A stretch of 64,000 bases of DNA, from contig CM097887.1 in assembly GCA_044892525.1 (NCBI GenBank), positions 105,688,397-105,752,396 of the forward strand, given 5' to 3'. Shown here piece after piece: positions 1 to 11,830 of the stretch (position 1 is its first letter; the number at the start of each line of letters is the position of its first letter). The DNA is from Schmidtea polychroa. Taxonomy: Eukaryota. The translations under genes were made by a program, and so were the position numbers. The notes beneath the pieces were generated by a model. The model did no database searches, was not told the DNA's origin, and worked only from the letters and a program-made list of their open reading frames with translations.

Positions 1-385
1 TTTGTTGGACACTATAGGTCTAATTTTGATACCAGGACCCTCTTTGTGAGTTTTAATTAGGTGGTAGAAGTTAGGAAGATCAGAATATTTTGTGACGAAG
101 CTGTTGGTTATTCTGTTGTTGAGCCTCATTTCCAAAGCTATGGCTTTCCATACTTTGTTGATCTTCATTTCGATGGTGTTTGGTGACATGCGGCTGACTT
201 TCTTGTATGTTTCGATGTTGCCGAGGTGTTCGTAACCAGCTTCACAGTAACGATTCTTCTCTATAATGCAAAATTCTCCCCCTTTGTCACTTGGTAAGTA
301 AACGTACGGTTTCTTTTTAAGGGATTTTAATATTGCCTGTTCGTCTTTCATTAGGTTTGAGAGATATGGTTTTCTTCTTTCCTTG
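1..385 (-). mobile_element. Penelope-like element (PLE) reverse transcriptase, N-terminal fragment running off the window start
   Basis: Minus strand reads ...SNLMKDEQAILKSLKKKPYVYLPSDKGGEFCII...DLPNFYHLIKTHKEGPGIKIRPIVSNK, matching the PLE RT motifs (P/K)ADKG and LPKIHK...RPIVS; open to position 1. Confidence 0.85.
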
Positions 386-387
386 TA

Positions 388-663
388 TGCAATGAAATCT
401 ACATTGGAAGTACCCTCAGGACATTGCACCAAAGAGTTAAAGAACATCTAGATCCTGGTGGAACATCCTCGTTGGGCAGACATCTCCGGCAGTGTCAGCC
501 AACAGAAGAAAGAAAAAATATTTCAATAGAAATCATAGCTAATGGAAACATCCAAAAGAAAAATGTCAGAATCAAATAAGCAATTCTCATCATAAACAGA
601 CAGCCAAAGATCAACACTAAAGAAGAAATCAATGAAATCATGAATTTGATCTGTTGTCATTGA
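388..663 (+). mobile_element. PLE GIY-YIG endonuclease fragment, inverted relative to the adjacent RT fragment
   Basis: CNEIYIGSTLRTLHQRVKEHL...RHL...RIK*AILIINRQPKINTKEE: YIG-x-T, R-x-x-EH and EA-x-x-I-x-x-x-x-P-x-I/LN motifs, with one in-frame TAA replacing the catalytic Glu. Confidence 0.85.
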
Positions 664-1145
664 CTTTGAGAATAACTGACAATATATAAAGAAATTAAAA
701 AAAATAGAATAAATTAAAAAGTAATAATTAGAATAATATAAAAAAAAAATTTTAAAAAATAGGGTTTGAAAATCAAAATTGACACATTTATTGAAATATT
801 TAAATAGCATATATAAGTAGTTATTGGAGGCTTTATTTAAAATATTTTCAAATATTTTATTAGGCTGCTAGAAGCTAATTATAGAAGCTGTAAAAAAATT
901 TAAAAATTTTTAGTTTGTGTCATTTTGAAATTTTAAATGTAAAAAATTTTAAAAGTTTTTAGTAAAACAATTCATTATATTTACAACCAATGAGAATTAA
1001 GAGAAAGGAAATCAAAGAAAGATTGAAAGGTATTTTGGGGAAGAACATTGCTAAATTCCAGGAGATTGACAAGGACTATCGTATAGTCGAAAATTCTTTC
1101 ATTAAATACATTATTTGCAGCAAAAGGCTTAAATTATCATTTTAT

Positions 1146-1147
1146 TG

Positions 1148-1195
<48 letters not shown>
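1146..1195. repeat. (TTA)n microsatellite
   Basis: Continuous ttattatta run; explains the poly-Leu tail of ORF 990..1199. Confidence 0.9.
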
Positions 1196-4100
1196 TTGAT
1201 TATTTTTATTATTATTATAAAGTGATGATTTCTTGGTAGCAACTTTAATTAAATTTTAAACAATTAAATGATAATTTAAGCATTTTGCTACGAATAATAT
1301 ATTTATTACAAATGAAAATTTTTCATTTGTATTAAATATATTATTCGTAGCAAAAGACTTAAATTTTAATTGTTTAATATTATTATTATTATTTTTATTT
1401 CTATGTCAAATAAAAACAAACACAAATATGATATGAGACCGGGCGATGTGTATATACGTTTGAGACTTTTTCATTAAATCCTGGAACGTACGTAAAAAAT
1501 ACATCATTATTATCGACTTTATATCCTTGAATAGTAATTGATAAATACCAATTTCCTGGTTCCTTAAAGCTTATTTCTGCAAAAGCATCATAATATCTTG
1601 CATATCGATTATTGAAGAAATTTTGATCTCATTTTGATCTCATCTTGAAAACTTCATCAATAGTTTTAATATCTATCGTTGAGAGTGTCACTGATAGGTA
1701 TTGGAACTGAGTTTGGTGTTGTTTGATAGGAATTACGAATTTCATATTGATTTCTTCTTTTAAAAAAATGCATTTTGTAATTGTGAAACATCTGGCCAGG
1801 TTGCTCAAGCTGTTCAAAATCTTTAACCGCTCAACAATAACAGCAACATATTCATCTGAAAATGAAATATTAAAAATTAAAATAATAAATCATTTTTCAA
1901 ATATAGTTTTGTGTCCTTTCATTTGTTTGTTAATATACGATGACCTTTGTTTTTTAATTTTTGAGCATGTGATGGTACTGTTGTTGGTTTTGTATCTTTT
2001 TGAAACATACTCAAAACACCAGGTAAAACTTATCCTAATTCGGATAATTCATTTTTTTCAGAGATTGGCAATGTTTTCTGATCTCTTATTATCACATCTT
2101 TAGCAGTCATACCTAAAATTCCTATGCGTTTAAGAATCGGGATTGCAAATCTACGAATTGTTCACAACCAACCGGGCCTATATGTTTACTAATAAATTAT
2201 CGTAATTCACCACCAGCTTGGCTACCACTATATATTAAAATAATATCTGAACTAGCCATCTATTTTACGAAAATGTAATGTCAAATGAGTTTTTGAATAT
2301 TTTTCAAATTTGATTAATTTACCTGAATCGTCGCGTATATATATTTCTATATTGTTTATACATGAGGTTGAAACATATAAAAATATGGGATTTTCTATTT
2401 TGGAAAAAATGTAAGTGGAGAAACGGTGTGACAGGGAATAAAGAAATCAACCAGAAATTAAAATTAACAGACGATTGAGACAATCATATCAAGGAAGTTC
2501 GATTGAAATAGAAGTTTAGCGATCATTAATTTGAACTATTGCTAATTGTCTGTCGAACTAACTCCTGCGTTTCGAGTTTTGAGTATTGCAATTGTGTTAA
2601 ATTCGAAAAATAATAAACTATACAATTCTCTGAATATTTAAACAAATTGAAAATTTACTGAATTTAAGAATTACAATTTCATTAATTAATTTCCAATCTT
2701 AATTTAAAATAATTTGTTATTTCAATGAAGTTAATTTAATAATTAAAAATTTTTAAAAATGAAGTAATATATTCACGAATTTTCGGCACAGGCCTTTTCA
2801 ACTGATTCATAGTTAAATTCGTTTTATAAATACTTGAAAAGAAATCAGAGGTGAAAATTGAAAAGTTCTTAAAATAAATTTGTGTTTTTACTTGCTCGAT
2901 ATTTTTCGAAAATTGAGGTTCGGCCAATAGTATTATCAGCAGAAGTATTCCGACGGCCGCGAAAAGTTGAAGACCGCTGACTTAAATTATTAAAATAAAA
3001 TTTTATTCAAACAAAAAATTCAATTCTTCCTATTGACACGCTATTTGTAATAAAATGAATGATCTACTAAAAATTATTTTACCCTTTAAATCAGTGTTTT
3101 TAAGACCTAATTTTATTATTATTATTATTATTATAATTTTAACAAGATAATAAAAATTGGGGTATCGAGGATATATACCTTTGATGAGATCATAACAAAT
3201 AATGAACAAATGAAAAGCATATAAATCAACATATTTACGGACAAGGATATAGAACACAAATAGCAAATAAAAATATAAATGTAAAATAAATAATTTTAAA
3301 TTAATCTATTTGGGTGTAATGATGATGATAATTCATTAATTAATAAAAATTTGTTTATCATTAATGAAAAACATCTTTTATTTTTTTGACAAGTTAGTGA
3401 AAAGTAGAATAAAATTGTTTTGTGAATTTAATGAAGTTTCAATGCCATTCGGTCTTAGCGATTTGACATGAAGTAAATGGAGTCAAATTTACATGGTATT
3501 GCCACCGATAATCATAAACCTAACAAATGTTATTAGGCATTTAATTTTTATAATTTTGAGGTTTCTTATCTATTCAATAAAAATAAAAGAGAAATGAAAT
3601 ACTGAATATTTTTCAAAAAAATTTTATTATTTAAAGTATTTAAAACGGCATTTCAAAGTCAGTTTGAAGTTAAAGATGTAATATTTTTAGTGAATTCAAA
3701 ACAACACATTTAATAAAGATATGCTGATGAGAAAATAACGACATTTGGCTATTTCATCACAATATTTTTTGAGTGCTCAGCACTGTATAAATCAATAAAT
3801 TTCAACATTTTAATTTTGTATTGAAGTCAGTGCGGCCTTTTAAATTAACTTTTATTAATTACATTTTTAACTATCGAGAAAATTTGACTTCTTTTGGTTA
3901 TTTTTAAAATTCAAACATCAATAACTTTAATTTTAAATTAACCAATTACATTATTTNNNNNNNNNNNNNNNNNNNNNNNNNNNNNNNNNNNNNNNNNNNN
4001 NNNNNNNNNNNNNNNNNNNNNNNNNNNNNNNNNNNNNNNNNNNNNNNNNNNNNNNNNNNNNNNNNNNNNNNNNNNNNNNNNNNNNNNNNNNNNNNNNNNN

Positions 4101-4494
4101 NNNNNNNNNNNNNNNNNNNNNNNNNNNNNNNNNNNNNNNNNNNNNNNNNNNNNNNNNNNNNNNNNNNNNNNNNTGTTTTATCAAATAAAATTCTATAAAT
4201 TGTATATATTATAATATATGTTTTAAAAAATAATTTTAATTAAAAAGAAATTTTAAATTTACACATATTTTTGGAATTAATTTTTTAAATTATTAAAATT
4301 AATTTGATAATTCTTTTTTAATTGAAATGAAATAACAGTTTTTTTTTAATTTTGACCTAAGTGAACCTGATATTGATCACATAAGAGTGATGCACAATTC
4401 ATCATTGGTTGTAAAATTGTAAAAAAAATATGTGAGTAGGCTGTATATAAATGCATATTATTTTAAGTAGTTTTTAGAATTTAATCGGATTAAA

Positions 4495-5409
4495 ATGTCG
4501 GAACTAGAGGATTTTAATTACGAAAGTTTACATTCACATAATGGGTCAGATAAAGAAAACTTTTTAATTTTTATAAATTAATTTTTTAGTCTGCGTAAAG
4601 CACACAATGTCCCTCTATTGAGGTATAATAAACAGTTGAGTTTGGAAGCTCAACGGTATGCAGAATTAATAGCAGCAAGAGATTTAATGGAGCACAGTAA
4701 GAAAGAAGATCGAAACAATGCTGGTGAAAATCTAGCTATGTGCATGAGACCGTTTGTAGACTATAAGTATTCCGGTTGAATTTTAATTTTTGATTTATTA
4801 TATTAAATATTTGTTTCATTTAGGATTAGGAGCAAGTGTTAGCTGGTATTCAGAAATTAAGGATTATGATTTTACCAAAGAAGCTCAGCCACCAAACAAT
4901 CCGGCGACAGGTAAAACTGAAAGTTACTAATTAAATTTTTAACATAAAATTTAGGACATTTTACTCAATTGATTTGGAAAGATTCTAAAGAAGCCGGTTT
5001 TGGTCGAGCGAAAAATCCTGAATCAAATTGTTGGTACATTGTTGGAAGATATCAACCGGCTGGAAACTTTGTTGGCAAATATTTAGAAAATGTACCCTCA
5101 TTGCCTAGAGGACGTTAGATATTTTGAATTCAACAATATAATTCTATCTATTAAATCACAGAGAAATGGGATGAAGTGCAAATTGTTAAGGAATATCTCG
5201 AAGAACTGCGAACGATGGAATACACTCAAGTAAGAAAACACATTCTGGATGATTGGAAAGCTAACTGGATGTCGGGAACAAGAGGTGGTGTTTTCTACTG
5301 TGATGTTGTTGAAACATTTACCACACCAACCGGGTCGACATATACAGGAGAAAATCATTTTACCGAAGATCCTAGACAATTAGTTTGTTTAAATTATATG
5401 TTTTTGTAA
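4495..5409 (+). CDS. CAP/SCP/TAPS domain protein (GLIPR2/GAPR-1-like), first CAP domain plus an ~75-aa extension exon
   Basis: Exons 4495-4544, 4590-4774, 4824-4910, 4955-5113 and 5162-5382/5409 with 44-49 nt GT-AG introns in matching phase. Protein MSELEDFNYESLHSHNGLRKAHNV...MEHS...GENLA...WYSEIKDYDF...GHFTQLIWKDSKEAGFG...VGRYQPAGNFVG has the full His-Glu-Glu-His tetrad and no signal peptide. Confidence 0.9.
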
Positions 5410-6462
5410 CATGAAAATAAATGATGATTAAATTAATCAGATATAAATTTTTTAAGAATCCCTAAATTTAATAAACATTTTTTTATTATCATTTAGAAAT
5501 AGTTTATGTTAGTAAGAAACTATTTTTAAAAGAATTGAGCTTTATCTTTTAGTTATTCTGTTTTTTCGTGTTTTAATTTGTATGTTTATAAGTATCATCA
5601 TCTTTTATATCTCTGTCTACAGTTTCTTTCTGTTGGAGGTACTTTTGTATACATCACATATAGCATTCCTGAGAAAACTTTGAAAGCTTTCCATCCGGCA
5701 ACTTTTATTTACGAGTTTTATTTGCCTAATGTGTGTTTACGCCTATTTACACCGGGGAAGATTAAAATAATATTATTGAGGTTATCTACGAATTAATCAA
5801 TTAATTAATTAAAATAGTTGAGGTAATAAATGGAACATAAATTGGAATATGATCAATGATTACGCAATTGTAAAATTTAAAGAAAATGTTGGAAGAAAGT
5901 TAGGAAACAAAAAAAATCACTTATAAATAAGGTGAAATTTATGAAATATTAAATTAGTGTAAACCAACAAATTAGAATATTGAAAAAATTATTATTATTT
6001 ATTTTATTATATCTTTTATATAATAAAAAGATAAATACTATATATTTCATGAGACTTGATAACTGTAAGTCTTTGAAGTTCCAAGAGCCGCATAAAGAAT
6101 TAAATGATTGACAGACTGTTGCCGTAATTAACAATAAATTATATAAATATTTTTTACATAATTTCTTAAGCAAAGGTAGAGTAAGTAATAATAATAGTAA
6201 TAAAATAATAAAACANNNNNNNNNNNNNNNNNNNNNNNNNNNNNNNNNNNNNNNNNNNNNNNNNNNNNNNNNNNNNNNNNNNNNNNNNNNNNNNNNNNNN
6301 NNNNNNNNNNNNNNNNNNNNNNNNNNNNNNNNNNNNNNNNNNNNNNNNNNNNNNNNNNNNNNNNNNNNAATTTACAAGAAAAATTGCAGAAAATTAATAC
6401 AATAGCTATTGTACAATTTGATTTAATCAATAAATATTAAAATTAAAATTATTTTCTTTTAG

Positions 6463-9400
6463 CCGAGACCAATTTTTGAAGGTTCATTGGATGACAGCGT
6501 ATATGATATTGGTGATGATCAACTGAATGGATATACCAGTGGTTAGTTTGGTTGCTATTGTTTGATCTATTGAATATAGTGAATAAAATTTTTATGAATA
6601 TAATAATAATATTATAAAGTAAAGGTGTAAAATTTTTTTGTCGGATGTCTCACTTGAATAAAATAAACAGTACAAGCTTTGTGATACCCAGTGCAAATCC
6701 CAATAGTAAACTAGTTTCGAGCTTTTGGCTCTCATCAGTACTATGCAGGAGACGCGAAGATTTTTTTCGCGTCAGGTAAGTATACAATATTGCTGATTCA
6801 ACTCTATTGCATACTTTCCCCGGTACACTGGAAATCACATCGCTTGCAAATTAGCTTGGTCACAGAAAAAATCTGTAAACTTGTAAACATGGCGTATGAA
6901 AAATCATAATCACCTCTGCGGATTAAAAATTTTTTTAATTTGCAAGCGATGTGAACTATCGAACTTTTGCCCAGGGTCATAGTTTTATAACATCCTGGAT
7001 CGAAACTAGTCTACTATTGGAATTTGCACTGGGTATCACAAATCTTGTACTGTTTTGTTTTATAATAATAATATTATTATTGTATTTATTAAAAAGAGCT
7101 TGAAGACTATAAATCAGTAAATATATCGATGTTTTTGATATTCAAGAATTTTCGGCACTGCCTTTTTAAAGTGAATTTGATCAAATTAGATTTTTTTTTT
7201 CAAATTTCACTACTGATTTCTTNNNNNNNNNNNNNNNNNNNNNNNNNNNNNNNNNNNNNNNNNNNNNNNNNNNNNNNNNNNNNNNNNNNNNNNNNNNNNN
7301 NNNNNNNNNNNNNNNNNNNNNNNNNNNNNNNNNNNNNNNNNNNNNNNNNNNNNNNNNNNNNNNNNNNNNNNAATTTTAATTTATAATCATTTTGTACTTT
7401 TAATATAAAACTCGTTAAATTTATTCATTTGAATATTAAAAATAAATTGAAAAATTAACTCATTTAATTCCCAGGCCCTTCATAATGCCATATGGGATAT
7501 GAAATACGATATTAAAATGAGATAAAATTCAATTTGGTAGGTTGAAATATTGAATAGAATATTTTTATTATCTTTTTAAGCGATTTATCAATTTAATGAT
7601 CAAATGGAATATAGACTCCTAATTAAAATATAATAAAAATTATATTAGGCAAAAGTTTAAAGATTTAATGACAATTTTTTAATCAGCTATGCGACCTTTT
7701 AACCCTTTATATGCTGCTGGCGCTTATAAACATGTCCATTTCTATTTTAACCCCTTTGTTGCTGAACATCTTACATTCATTTTTATTTTACTAGGCGTCT
7801 ACTTCCTTTGCTTATTCATAGGGCCTTGGCGAAGTATTTTTGGTAAGAATATCTACAACCCTAATATGTTGCTATTTAAATTATATGTAAGCAAGTATAA
7901 GTATTGACGAGGGCCTATTAGCGACAAAGAAGGGAAAGACTTATCTCAATTTAATACGTCTTTGTAAAATGTTCCTAATAAAGTGAAATATTGAGTTTAA
8001 GTATTCCCATTGTATTTGTTTCATTTTGATGAGACATTTAGAAGATTTGTTGACTAAAATACATTTCTGTGGAATATTAACAATATTTATGAAAAGGGTT
8101 TACTTATTAACCAAACTAGGAGCATGAAGCAGATTCATTATTTTCTAAACTAATTTTTAGAATAGTTTGTGTAAAAGCACAATTGATTTTCGGTTGGGAA
8201 ATTGGAGTTCTCGAACTATTTTAGATATCCTATAGTGGGATTGATGTTATCTTAAACTGCAAACTGTTGAGTGTAGTTTAAAATAATACAGTTCCGTAAA
8301 AATTAATTTTGGATCCAATTTCTAATAATTTCGATTGAATATCCGGAAAACTAAAAACCAATGAAATCAAAGAACCAATAAGAAACTAACCGTGTATGTT
8401 AACAATAAGCAAATGTATTTTTGTATTTATTCCTTTATTGTATAAAAGGTATAATAAAGAAATAATAAACAATCAAGTTTATTAAACTTAAATTACAAAG
8501 TTCTCTTAATATTTTTTCAATATCGCTTTTTATTATCATTATTTTATACTTTTGGTTGGACATTTATGGAATTATGTTTTTGACTGACTTCTACGAAAAA
8601 TCGAGAAATGTAATATAGATCTTATCTTGTTTTTTGCCTGGGGCTTATTTACTTTTTCTTCTGCTTCATATTAGTATGAACACATTTTCTACTTTCCTGT
8701 AACTCTGAGTTTTAATAATGCTCTCCTAAAATTTAATTTAATTATATCAAAATAGCTTCACATTAAATATTAATAAGAGTAACATTTTATTAAGATAAAT
8801 TGATGTTTTTAAACATTTATATCAGAATATTATATTTTTTAAGCAAATTAATTTTTTTAATTTTTAAATTATCTTAATTTCTTAATCATATATCTAATTT
8901 AGACAAAGATTCAGATAAAGGAGAAAATGAAGAGATTAAAAGTTTCATTGAAGCAGTTGTATCTCAGCACAATTATTATCGAAGGAATCATAATGTTGCA
9001 ACTTTGAATTTGGACAAGGTAAATTATTTTTATTTAATTAATTTAAATTAATTAAATTTAATTAGCATTCGTAGTTATTAATCAAATTAAATTTTGGGAT
9101 AGCTTTTACTAAATGTTTATTCTAAACCTAACATAACTAGCTTATCAATTGTATCATCTTATAAAAATATACGTAATTCCAAAATAAAATTTGAAATATT
9201 GTCATCGAATAATACATTTAGAAAAGTTATATTACTTTCGATCAATGTTGAAAATGAAAGATTTTATTTATTATTTATTTTTAATATAACACTTTGATTT
9301 ATGATTAATTACTCGTATGTTTATTTTTATTGTAACTAATTGCACAAAATTAATAANNNNNNNNNNNNNNNNNNNNNNNNNNNNNNNNNNNNNNNNNNNN

Positions 9401-10805
9401 NNNNNNNNNNNNNNNNNNNNNNNNNNNNNNNNNNNNNNNNNNNNNNNNNNNNNNNNNNNNNNNNNNNNNNNNNNNNNNNNNNNNNNNNNNNNNNNNNNNN
9501 NNNNNNNNNNNNNNNNNNNNNNNNNNNNNNNNNNNNNNNNNNNNNNNNNNNNNNNNNNNNNNNNNNNNNNNNNNNNNNNNNNNNNNNNNNNNNNNNNNNN
9601 NNNNNNNNNNNNNNNNNNNNNNNNNNNNNNNNNNNNNNNNNNNNNNNNNNNNNNNNNNNNNNNNNNNNNNNNNNNNNNNGATATTTTGAACATTTAGCAG
9701 CTAAATACCTATGCTCAGGACTGGGCGGATGAATTGGCGATAGAAAATAAGATGTCATTCAGTAATTACATATTTGAAAATCAACACATAGGTGAAAATA
9801 TTACTACGAAAAAAGGAAATGTTACTGAAGATTCAGGTGAAAATAATGTTGCTTTGATTTTACTCTCATTATTGTTAATTATGATACAAACTTTGGACAG
9901 CACAATGCAATTAAAATATCTTTGAAACGTCAGTGAGTTTTTTTCAAAACATTTTAGAATTTATCATGATAGATAGAGACAATGTAAAGTTATTGTTTTT
10001 CTAGTTGCCGTGATAATTACCTGGTAATAAAAACCAAAATGGTTTACATTTCACGTTGTTTGTGGAGAATTTTATCTTAAAATTCAAGATATTATATTGT
10101 TCTATACTATTCTATTGTTGGTAAATATAGGCCAGTCACTATGAACACAAAATTGGTATTTGCATTCTAAATTCTTTCAGCAATTTGAAAAAATAGTTCC
10201 ATGTAAACATTTTAGAAAGCTTTTAAAAATGTTTTTAAAAAATAAGAGTTTTTTATAGGAAGTTATTGCTATTGCAAATTTTTTAGTCTTTCCACATTAT
10301 TATATAAGTACAATGAAATTTTACCATCATTCGAAATATTTTCAGAGTTGCATATAGTCGAAAGATTGAACGAATATAAAGACCAATCTGTATTTTAGTT
10401 GTGAATAGCAATCAAACTTTTAATATTGGGAGACAAATAGCCATATGGTTTCCCAAACCTCAAACATGTTTAAGGGAAATATATATATTGTCGGACACTA
10501 TTAATAGACACTTTATCTTTCAGCCAAAGTTCTTGTTGACAGCTGGTATAGCGAAGGCAAAAATTACAATTATAGAAAAGAACCAGACAATTTTAAGAAT
10601 GTTGGTAAGTAAATGTTAATATATAAAAAATAGTAAAATATGTAACATATTTTTAGGACATTTTACGCAAATGTTATGGAAAAGGTCCAAGAAAATAGGA
10701 GTCGGAGTGGGACGAAATTCAAACGGAAAATCTTTTATTGTTTGTTTTTATAGTCCCGCTGGAAATAAAAAGAATGAATTTATTCAAAATGTTTTAAAAT
10801 CATGA
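6463..10805 (+). CDS. Second CAP/SCP domain (probably the 3' half of the same gene as 4495-5382)
   Basis: Exons 6463-6541, 8903-9018, 9698-9836, 10524-10604 and 10657-10805, phases compatible: ...QHNYYRRNHNV...YAQDWADELA...GENIT...VDSWYSEGKNYNY...GHFTQMLWKRSKKIGVG...VCFYSPAGN...QNVLKS*. Confidence 0.85.
6703..6744 (-). ncRNA. Minimal type I hammerhead ribozyme
   Basis: Minus strand reads AUAGUA-CUGAUGA-GAGC(CAAAA)GCUC-GAAA-C-UA-G-U-U-UACUAU: 6-bp stem I, intact CUGAUGA and GAAA cores, 4-bp stem II, palindromic stem III (ACUAGU), cleavage triplet GUU. Confidence 0.8.
6979..7017 (+). ncRNA. Degenerate hammerhead ribozyme copy
   Basis: AUAGU-UUUAUAA-CAUC(CUG)GAUC-GAAAC-UA-GUC-UACUAU: 3' half canonical with GUC, but the CUGAUGA core has decayed. 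Confidence 0.55.
7703..7965 (+). mobile_element. piggyBac-like remnant
   Basis: TTAA|CCCTTT left end at 7699-7708; downstream FGKNIYNP.. and SIDEGLLATKKGK resemble the piggyBac Y-x-P...SIDE...KG motif; no matching right end found. Confidence 0.4.
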
Positions 10806-11399
10806 AGATTGAAACAAAGATTTATCCAACAATAATTGTCTACTTTGATTTATTTGAATTTAAATTCTGATTTTTATTAATGTTTTTAATTGTAGTTTAA
10901 TGCTATTACCTTTGATTACTTTCGATTACCTTGATTCCCAAACTTATTTTATCTACCGCCCCCCTTTCCACAAAAAATATTAATCAGTGCCCCTTGGATT
11001 TTTTTCAATTTTAATAGCATTTAAGCAGAAATATATATTAGTTGCATATTCTAAAAGAATCTGATTGATCAGAAAAGGAAAGTGATTCCCAGATGCGGAA
11101 TAATTAACAAATATGGAAAGTGATGATCAAGATAGGTAATGATGGTACTGATAAGGAAGTTAGTGATTAGTAAAAAAGGAGGTTATATAATATATAAATA
11201 TCTCTTTCGGCCCAGAAAAAAATGGGGGGCGTTGTCGAGGGTTAAGAGGGCGATGGTAGATTTGTAATTTCATTTACTTTATATTTTAAACTTCTCTAAA
11301 ATTAAAACCTACCTACTACACAATAACGAATAATTAGTTTATATTTCTACCCTGTATGATGGTATAAAAACTTAAAATACTTAACATAAATTTCGTGGG

Positions 11400-11830
11400 A
11401 TAGCCCCCACGCCGTATGCAATCAAGTTGTAACAAGTTTCTGTTAAATAACGCTATTGGAGCAACCCGGTAGCAATCGACTGGTGGATCGATATTTTTCC
11501 TAAATTCCTCAGTACGATTGAGCGTCTTTCAGGATCTTGAAGTCGAGTATGTCACTGATGAATGGGATATTCAGATAGAAATATTTCTGATAATTTTGTG
11601 TTATTTCCCTAGATCTCTTTGAGATAGAATTCATTCTTTCAATGTCTTTACCTTGATATCCGTTTTTGTGTAGGATTTCATTGAAGCTTAATTGTTGTTT
11701 ACAGTTCTCGTTTTCTTCAGTACATCGATTGGCTATCCTTTGTTTCTCGTCTTTTATGACGTGTACTTTCTGTAAGTATAGAAGCGCTGATCTTTGGTGC
11801 ATACATATTTCTTTGCGAGCTGGTTTTTAT
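11400..11830 (-). mobile_element. PLE fragment (RT thumb/linker region)
   Basis: ORF 11509..11802 contains EILHKNGYQ...YLNIPFISDILDFKI, typical of PLE L-x-x-NGYP and Y-x-x-IPY/F segments, followed by a Cys-containing linker with stops. Confidence 0.65.

Larger units (their letters stand above)
6655..7060. mobile_element. ~400-bp imperfect palindromic element with two diverging hammerhead-bearing arms (PLE pseudo-LTR-like), in a CAP gene intron
   Basis: 6668-6720 is the near-perfect reverse complement of 7000-7052 (CAGTACAAG(C/A)TTTGTGATACCCAGTGCAAAT(C/T)CCAATAGTA(A/G)ACTAGTTTCGA). A perfect 19-bp inverted repeat lies inside at 6835-6853 / 6937-6955. No TSD found. Confidence 0.75.

Noticed and set aside
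990-1199. ORF MRIKRKEIKERLKG...
   Set aside because: No recognisable motif or splice support; its 3' part is a microsatellite.
10932-11261. Possible MITE with CTACC(ATC)GCCC ends
   Set aside because: The inverted match is short and gapped, with no TSD.
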